Position numbers and translations under genes: made by a program
The notes under the pieces: generated by a model
What the model saw: only the letters and a program-made list of their open reading frames with translations
Told to the model about the DNA's origin: nothing
Database searches by the model: none
Part shown: positions 59,554-64,000 of the stretch, piece by piece
How the letters are laid out: each line of letters starts with the position of its first letter
Numbering within the stretch: position 1 is the stretch's first letter
From: Vulcanimicrobiota bacterium
GTDB taxonomy: Bacteria > Vulcanimicrobiota > Vulcanimicrobiia > Vulcanimicrobiales > Vulcanimicrobiaceae
Direction: 5' to 3'
Length of the DNA: 64,000 bases
Assembly (NCBI GenBank): GCA_963777315.1
Contig: CAVZQC010000004.1
Span: 32,001 to 96,000 of the forward strand

Positions 59554-60030
59554 CTGCCCGGCCCCACGGCATATCTGCGGGCGCTGCAACTGCTCGCGCA
59601 GCGCAGGCTCACGCAAGCGCAGCTGTGGAACAAACTCGAGCGCAAGGGCTTTGCGCCCGAGGACGTTCGTGCGGCGGTGGAGCGCTGCACGGCCGACGGC
59701 TACTTGGACGATCGGCTCTTCGCGCAGCTCTACGTCGAGCAAAAGCGCAAAGCCGTAGGCAATTCGCGCTTGATCGGCGAGCTCGTGCGCAGAGGGATCG
59801 ACCGCGACGCGGCGCACGCCGCGGTGCAATGCAGCGCAACGCGCGAATCCGAACGTTTGAACGACGCTCTGGACAAGATCCTTCGCACCAAACCCGGGGC
59901 CAGCTATCCGTCGGCGGCCCGAGCGTTGGAACGATTGGGTTTTCCGGCTTGGCTGATCTATCGCACTCTGCGCGAGCATGCGGCCCGGTTCGGGCCGTTT
60001 GCCGGCATGCCGCGCGCAGCCGAAGAGTGA
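59554..60030 (+). CDS. recX: Regulatory protein RecX (start uncertain)
   Basis: Follows rec[31 protein letters not shown]. Confidence 0.85.
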   Translation: MPGPTAYLRALQLLAQRRLTQAQLWNKLERKGFAPEDVRAAVERCTADGYLDDRLFAQLYVEQKRKAVGNSRLIGELVRRGIDRDAAHAAVQCSATRESERLNDALDKILRTKPGASYPSAARALERLGFPAWLIYRTLREHAARFGPFAGMPRAAEE

Positions 60031-60031
60031 T

Positions 60032-60922
60032 CTACGTGCCCTGGGAGTTTTCGGACTCGGGCACCACCTGCCCGTAGTTGAGAATGGCGACGAGCAGCAC
60101 GCCGCCCACGCAGTTGCCCAAGAACACCGGAATCAGGAAACTGATCACGTACTGCGTCCATGGCCACGCGCCCGCCGACACGGCGTAGAGCGCTTCCACC
60201 GACCCGGCGATGATATGGCTCAAGCCTGCGGCTCCGACCAGCCAAGTGATGATCAGCACGATCCAAACCCGCTGCGGATTGGCTGCCGGCAATAACCAAA
60301 CCATGAGCGCGATGAGCCAGCCGGCCAGTATGCCTCTCCCGAAAACCTCACCGAATGTCGGCGCGAGCGCCTGCAGGCCGACCTGAAGAAACGCCGCCTT
60401 GACGTGCTCGGGGAAGATCGCCGTGTGCGCGCAGACTTGCGCGAATGCCGCCGCGCCGACCAAATTGGTGACGAGCACGATGCCCCACAGCCGCAGCATC
60501 TGCACGAGCTTTTTGGTTTTGTCGGGATCGTCGAGTACGGGCAGAATGGCCGTGAGCGTGTTTTCGGTGAACAATTGCTGACGTCCCAAGACGACGATCA
60601 TAAAGCCTAACGTATAACCGAGGTTTTCGAACAGCGTGCGCCACGGCGCGTCGGGCGCGTACGCGCGCAAAACGCCGATGCCCACCAGCGAAAAACCCAT
60701 CGACAATCCCGCCGCCAACCCGGAAAAAGCCAGCGCCAGCGCAGGGCGAGTGATCTCGCCTTCGCCTTCGCGGCGAACGGTTTCGAACACGACGGCGGCG
60801 CGCAGCGACGAACGCTTGCGGACTTCATGTTCCTCGTCCTTGGTCAGCTGAACCAGATTGCCCGGAGTTTCTTGAGGCTGCTCTGCGCCTTTGTCGGGTT
60901 CGCTTTCGGACTTGTCCGCCAC
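60032..60922 (-). CDS. Formate/nitrite transporter family protein (YfdC-like)
   Basis: QLFTENT, AGWLIALMVW, HIIAGS, GNCVGG. Confidence 0.9.
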   Translation of the reverse strand: MADKSESEPDKGAEQPQETPGNLVQLTKDEEHEVRKRSSLRAAVVFETVRREGEGEITRPALALAFSGLAAGLSMGFSLVGIGVLRAYAPDAPWRTLFENLGYTLGFMIVVLGRQQLFTENTLTAILPVLDDPDKTKKLVQMLRLWGIVLVTNLVGAAAFAQVCAHTAIFPEHVKAAFLQVGLQALAPTFGEVFGRGILAGWLIALMVWLLPAANPQRVWIVLIITWLVGAAGLSHIIAGSVEALYAVSAGAWPWTQYVISFLIPVFLGNCVGGVLLVAILNYGQVVPESENSQGT

Positions 60923-60977
60923 GGCGCCACTTTACCCCGTGTCCGCATCCGGATAACGTCCGGGCACTATCCGCGAC

Positions 60978-61667
60978 ATGCCCGCTTTGAAAGTGCTGGT
61001 TGCAGAAGACGATCCGGCCATTCGCGAGCTGCTGGAACATCATTTGAAGCGCGAAGGGTTCGACGTGATACTCGCCGGCGACGGAAATGTCGCGCTGCGC
61101 TGCTCGCGCGACGTCGCGGACGTCGTCATCTTGGACGTCGGATTGCCGGCGATTGACGGGTTTGAAGTTGCGCGCCGTCTGCGCCGGGAAAAACGCGACG
61201 TTCCGATCGTCATGCTCACGGCCAGAACCGATGAAATCGATCGCATCGTCGGCATCGAGCTCGGAGCGGACGATTATATTTGCAAACCCTTTTCGCCACG
61301 CGAAGTCGTCGCGCGGGTCAAGGCCGTCATGCGGCGCGCCGGCCAACCCTACGAGAGGCGCCCCAGCATCATGAACTTCGGGCGCCTGGAGATCGACGAA
61401 GCGGCGCGCGAGGTGCGCATCGACGGGCGCGACGTCAAGCTCAAGCCGCGCGAATTCGTCCTGCTGTCCGTGCTGGCGGCTAATGCCGGCGTCGCGCTTT
61501 CGCGGCGCACGCTGCTGGAAAAGGTGTGGGGTTTCGATTTCGAGGGCGACGAGCGCACCGTCGACGTACACGTGCGCCGGCTGCGCTGCAAGCTCGAAGA
61601 AGAGAGCGAGCTGCCGCCCATGCTGCAGACGGTTCATGGCTTCGGGTACAAGTTCGCGCGCGCATAA
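60978..61667 (+). CDS. OmpR/PhoB-family response regulator
   Basis: REC domain (ED, D, GADDYICKPF) and winged helix RTVDVHVRRLR, TVHGFGY. Confidence 0.95.
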   Translation: MPALKVLVAEDDPAIRELLEHHLKREGFDVILAGDGNVALRCSRDVADVVILDVGLPAIDGFEVARRLRREKRDVPIVMLTARTDEIDRIVGIELGADDYICKPFSPREVVARVKAVMRRAGQPYERRPSIMNFGRLEIDEAAREVRIDGRDVKLKPREFVLLSVLAANAGVALSRRTLLEKVWGFDFEGDERTVDVHVRRLRCKLEEESELPPMLQTVHGFGYKFARA

Positions 61668-62808
61668 GCGCCCGGCGCGGCTGCGCACGCTCTTGGCGCC
61701 GGTTGCGCGGGCGTGCTCGCACGTTGCGGTGCCGCTGCTGGTGTTGCGCTTGCCGCAATTCGAACGGATCGCCTGGCGGCAAGGCAAACGCGCCGCTCAG
61801 CGTCTGGAAAGAGCGACGACCACAGCGTTCGTCGACACTTGCGAGCGTGCGCTTCGCACGGGTGATTTGATCGCGCATGATACGGGCAGCGACGTCTTCG
61901 CAATCGTCATGGCTTCTCCGTCCCGCAAACTGCGCATTCCTTCGTCGGTCGACTGCCGTTCGGTGCTCGAGCGCGTCGCGGCCGCGATGTCGCTGTACGG
62001 CGACACCCCGGTGGAAACGGGCTGGACGCTGCTGCGAGAATTCGATGCGGCGTCGGGTTTTGCGCGCGAAATCGAACGCGCGCTCGAAAGGGGCGCGCGC
62101 GAGCGCGAACGCTACGAGTTTTTTGCAGCCATTGCGCACGAACTGCGAACGCCCCTCACTTCCATTCGCGGATACCTGGAAACGCTGCTCGAGCCGCAGG
62201 TGGACCGCGCGACGGCTCGCCGTTTCCTCGAGACGGCGCGGCGCGAAGCATTGCGCATGGGGCGTCTGCTCGACGGCATGTTCGAGTTCTCGTTGCTCGA
62301 TCTTTCGGCGCAAGCGGTGTTCGGCCGCAGTTGCGAGATCTCGGGGCAAATCGATTTGGCGTGCGAGGTCGTCCGGCCGCTCGCGCAGCAGCGCGGCGTG
62401 GCGCTGAGCGCCGGTGCGCGCCAAGACGTTTTCGCCTGCATCGAGCCCGATGCGTGCCTGCAATTGCTGGTGAACTTGCTCGACAATGCGATCAAATACG
62501 GGCGTGAAGGCGGCACCGTCCGCATTGCCGCCATCGTCGAGCGCGACGCCGTTGCCGTACTCGTCGACGACGACGGTCCGGGGATTGCCGCGGCCGAGCG
62601 CGAGTCGGTTTTTGGACTGCGAGTGCGGGGTGCGCAGGCTTCGAGCCGGCCGGGCACCGGCATCGGGTTGGCAATAGTAAAAATGATCGCCGAACGCGCC
62701 GGAGGCGCCATCAGCGTGGCGGAGTCGCCGATGGGCGGTGCGCGCTTTCGAGCCGAGCTCCCGCTGCGAGCGGCGTCGGGGGCGGAATCGACCACGAACG
62801 CGTCGTAG
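61636..62808 (+). CDS. Cytoplasmic sensor histidine kinase with degenerate GGDEF-like input domain (start inferred)
   Basis: AHELRTPLTSI, NLLDNAIKY, DDGPGI, GTGIGL; no TM; N-terminal LRTGDLIAHDTGSDVFAIVM. Confidence 0.9.
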   Translation: MASGTSSRAHKRPARLRTLLAPVARACSHVAVPLLVLRLPQFERIAWRQGKRAAQRLERATTTAFVDTCERALRTGDLIAHDTGSDVFAIVMASPSRKLRIPSSVDCRSVLERVAAAMSLYGDTPVETGWTLLREFDAASGFAREIERALERGARERERYEFFAAIAHELRTPLTSIRGYLETLLEPQVDRATARRFLETARREALRMGRLLDGMFEFSLLDLSAQAVFGRSCEISGQIDLACEVVRPLAQQRGVALSAGARQDVFACIEPDACLQLLVNLLDNAIKYGREGGTVRIAAIVERDAVAVLVDDDGPGIAAAERESVFGLRVRGAQASSRPGTGIGLAIVKMIAERAGGAISVAESPMGGARFRAELPLRAASGAESTTNAS

Positions 62809-62818
62809 ATAACCGCCC

Positions 62819-63151
62819 GTGGCAATTCACCGGCCGCGGTTCGCGCACTGCAGCGAAGCGCAGTTCGCCCGACTCCTGGATTTTTACCACGTTCAATGGC
62901 TGTACGAGCCCTGCACGTTCCCCATCGCCTGGGACGCAAGCGGCAACGTCGTCGAATGGTTCGCGCCGGACTTTTACCTTCCGCAGTACGACTCGTTTTT
63001 GGAAATAACGGTTCAGAGCGCGCGGCTGCAATCCCGTAAGAACCGCAAGATCCGGCTGCTCCGGCAAGCGTATCCCGACCTCGCGATCAAACTCTTTACG
63101 CGGCACGACGTCGAGCGCGTGTTTTCGAATAGGTTCTCCCGCGCTTCGTGA
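62819..63151 (+). CDS. Small PD-(D/E)xK-like fold protein coupled to hpt
   Basis: SE..FA, YEP, PDFYLP, LEIT; GTGA overlap with hpt. Confidence 0.7.
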   Translation: MAIHRPRFAHCSEAQFARLLDFYHVQWLYEPCTFPIAWDASGNVVEWFAPDFYLPQYDSFLEITVQSARLQSRKNRKIRLLRQAYPDLAIKLFTRHDVERVFSNRFSRAS

Positions 63152-63690
63152 TCGCGGACAAGCTCTTTGACGAAGCGGCCATAGCGGCCCGCGTCCGCGA
63201 ATTGGGCGCCTGCATCGACGCAGATTATGCCGGCGATTATCCGATGATCGTTGGAGTGCTTACCAGCTCGGCCGTCTTCGTGGCGGATCTCACGCGGGCG
63301 ATCGAGATACCCTGCGAGTTCGATTTCATCGCGCTCAGCCGGTACCGGGAGGCGCCGGACCATACGGCCGGCCGGTCCGAGGGCATCCGCTTCGTGAAAG
63401 ATACTTCGGCTTCGGTCGAGGGCCGGCACGTGATTCTCGTGGAGGATACGATCGATACCGGGCTTACGCTGCAATACGTCACGAAAACGCTGCTTGCGCG
63501 CGAACCCGCGTCGCTGGAGGTGTGCACCCTGCTCGATCGCCCGCACCGGCGGATCGCCGGCGTTCAGGTGAAGTACCGCGGGTTCGAGATACCCGACGTG
63601 TTCGTCGTCGGATACGGCTTGGATTACCAAGGCCGTTATCGCGAACTGCCCGAGATTTACGCGCACGGAAGCTGGCCGCAGCAGTCGTGA
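63148..63690 (+). CDS. hpt: Hypoxanthine phosphoribosyltransferase
   Basis: VEDTIDTGLT, LLDR, FVVGYGLDY, YRELP. Confidence 0.93.
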   Translation: MIADKLFDEAAIAARVRELGACIDADYAGDYPMIVGVLTSSAVFVADLTRAIEIPCEFDFIALSRYREAPDHTAGRSEGIRFVKDTSASVEGRHVILVEDTIDTGLTLQYVTKTLLAREPASLEVCTLLDRPHRRIAGVQVKYRGFEIPDVFVVGYGLDYQGRYRELPEIYAHGSWPQQS

Positions 63691-64000
63691 AACGCACGCT
63701 TGTTCTTTTCTTGTGCTTAGTTGCGGCCACTGCGGGATTCCCGCAAGCGCTCGAACTGCAGTCGATCGCTCAAGCCGCGGCCGGCTATCAAAACTCCAAC
63801 GCGCATTTGCAAGAGATGTTTCGCGCCGCGCTGCTCGATACGGCCGGCCTCGCACAGGTTGCGCCGGACGGCACGGCCTACGTAAAGACCGGCGACATAC
63901 CGGCTGAATGGCTGCGCGATTCCAGCGCTCAAGTGCGCCCGTACCTGTATTATGCCAAGCACGACGCCGCAACGCGCCGGCTGCTGCAAGGCATCATCGC
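63687..64000 (+). CDS. Glycoside hydrolase family 125 protein, runs off the window (absent from the ORF track)
   Basis: Signal peptide, then YVKTGDIPAEWLRDSSAQVRPYL. Confidence 0.8.
   Translation, partial: MKRTLVLFLCLVAATAGFPQALELQSIAQAAAGYQNSNAHLQEMFRAALLDTAGLAQVAPDGTAYVKTGDIPAEWLRDSSAQVRPYLYYAKHDAATRRLLQGII

Overview
GC-rich bacterial chromosomal window; the lineage is tentatively Ca. Eremiobacterota/WPS-2-like, which is an inference from protein style only. 1.6-5.0 kb is a small accessory island: an HNH remnant and higBA lie between ~70-bp degenerate inverted repeats, followed by an IS1595 element with passenger ORFs. A long + strand cluster follows: an unusual XRE-HTH::RibBA fusion behind a palindromic operator, ribH, mtnA, a creatininase-family gene, a peptide-binding protein, holA, then purine genes (purB, an animal-PAICS-like PurC::degenerate-PurE, purL, purQ, a double-length PurS, two archaeal-type PurP paralogues, guaA, purD, purF). 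A complete reductive pyrimidine catabolism operon interrupts this cluster on the - strand. The right half holds panB, an sNOR-like heme-copper operon (helix-VI Tyr replaced by Asn), GNATs, a serine hydrolase, a K+-independent H+-PPase with a structured leader, cheR/cheB/fliA and flagellar accessory genes, a Crp-family regulator, ftsY, recA/recX, an FNT transporter, a two-component pair whose kinase carries a degenerate GGDEF domain, hpt and a truncated GH125. Five single-base insertions (higA, IS passenger, mmsA, guaA, fliK-like) are probably consensus errors. No rRNA, tRNA or CRISPR array was recognised. All assignments are by-eye motif recognition; no searches were run.
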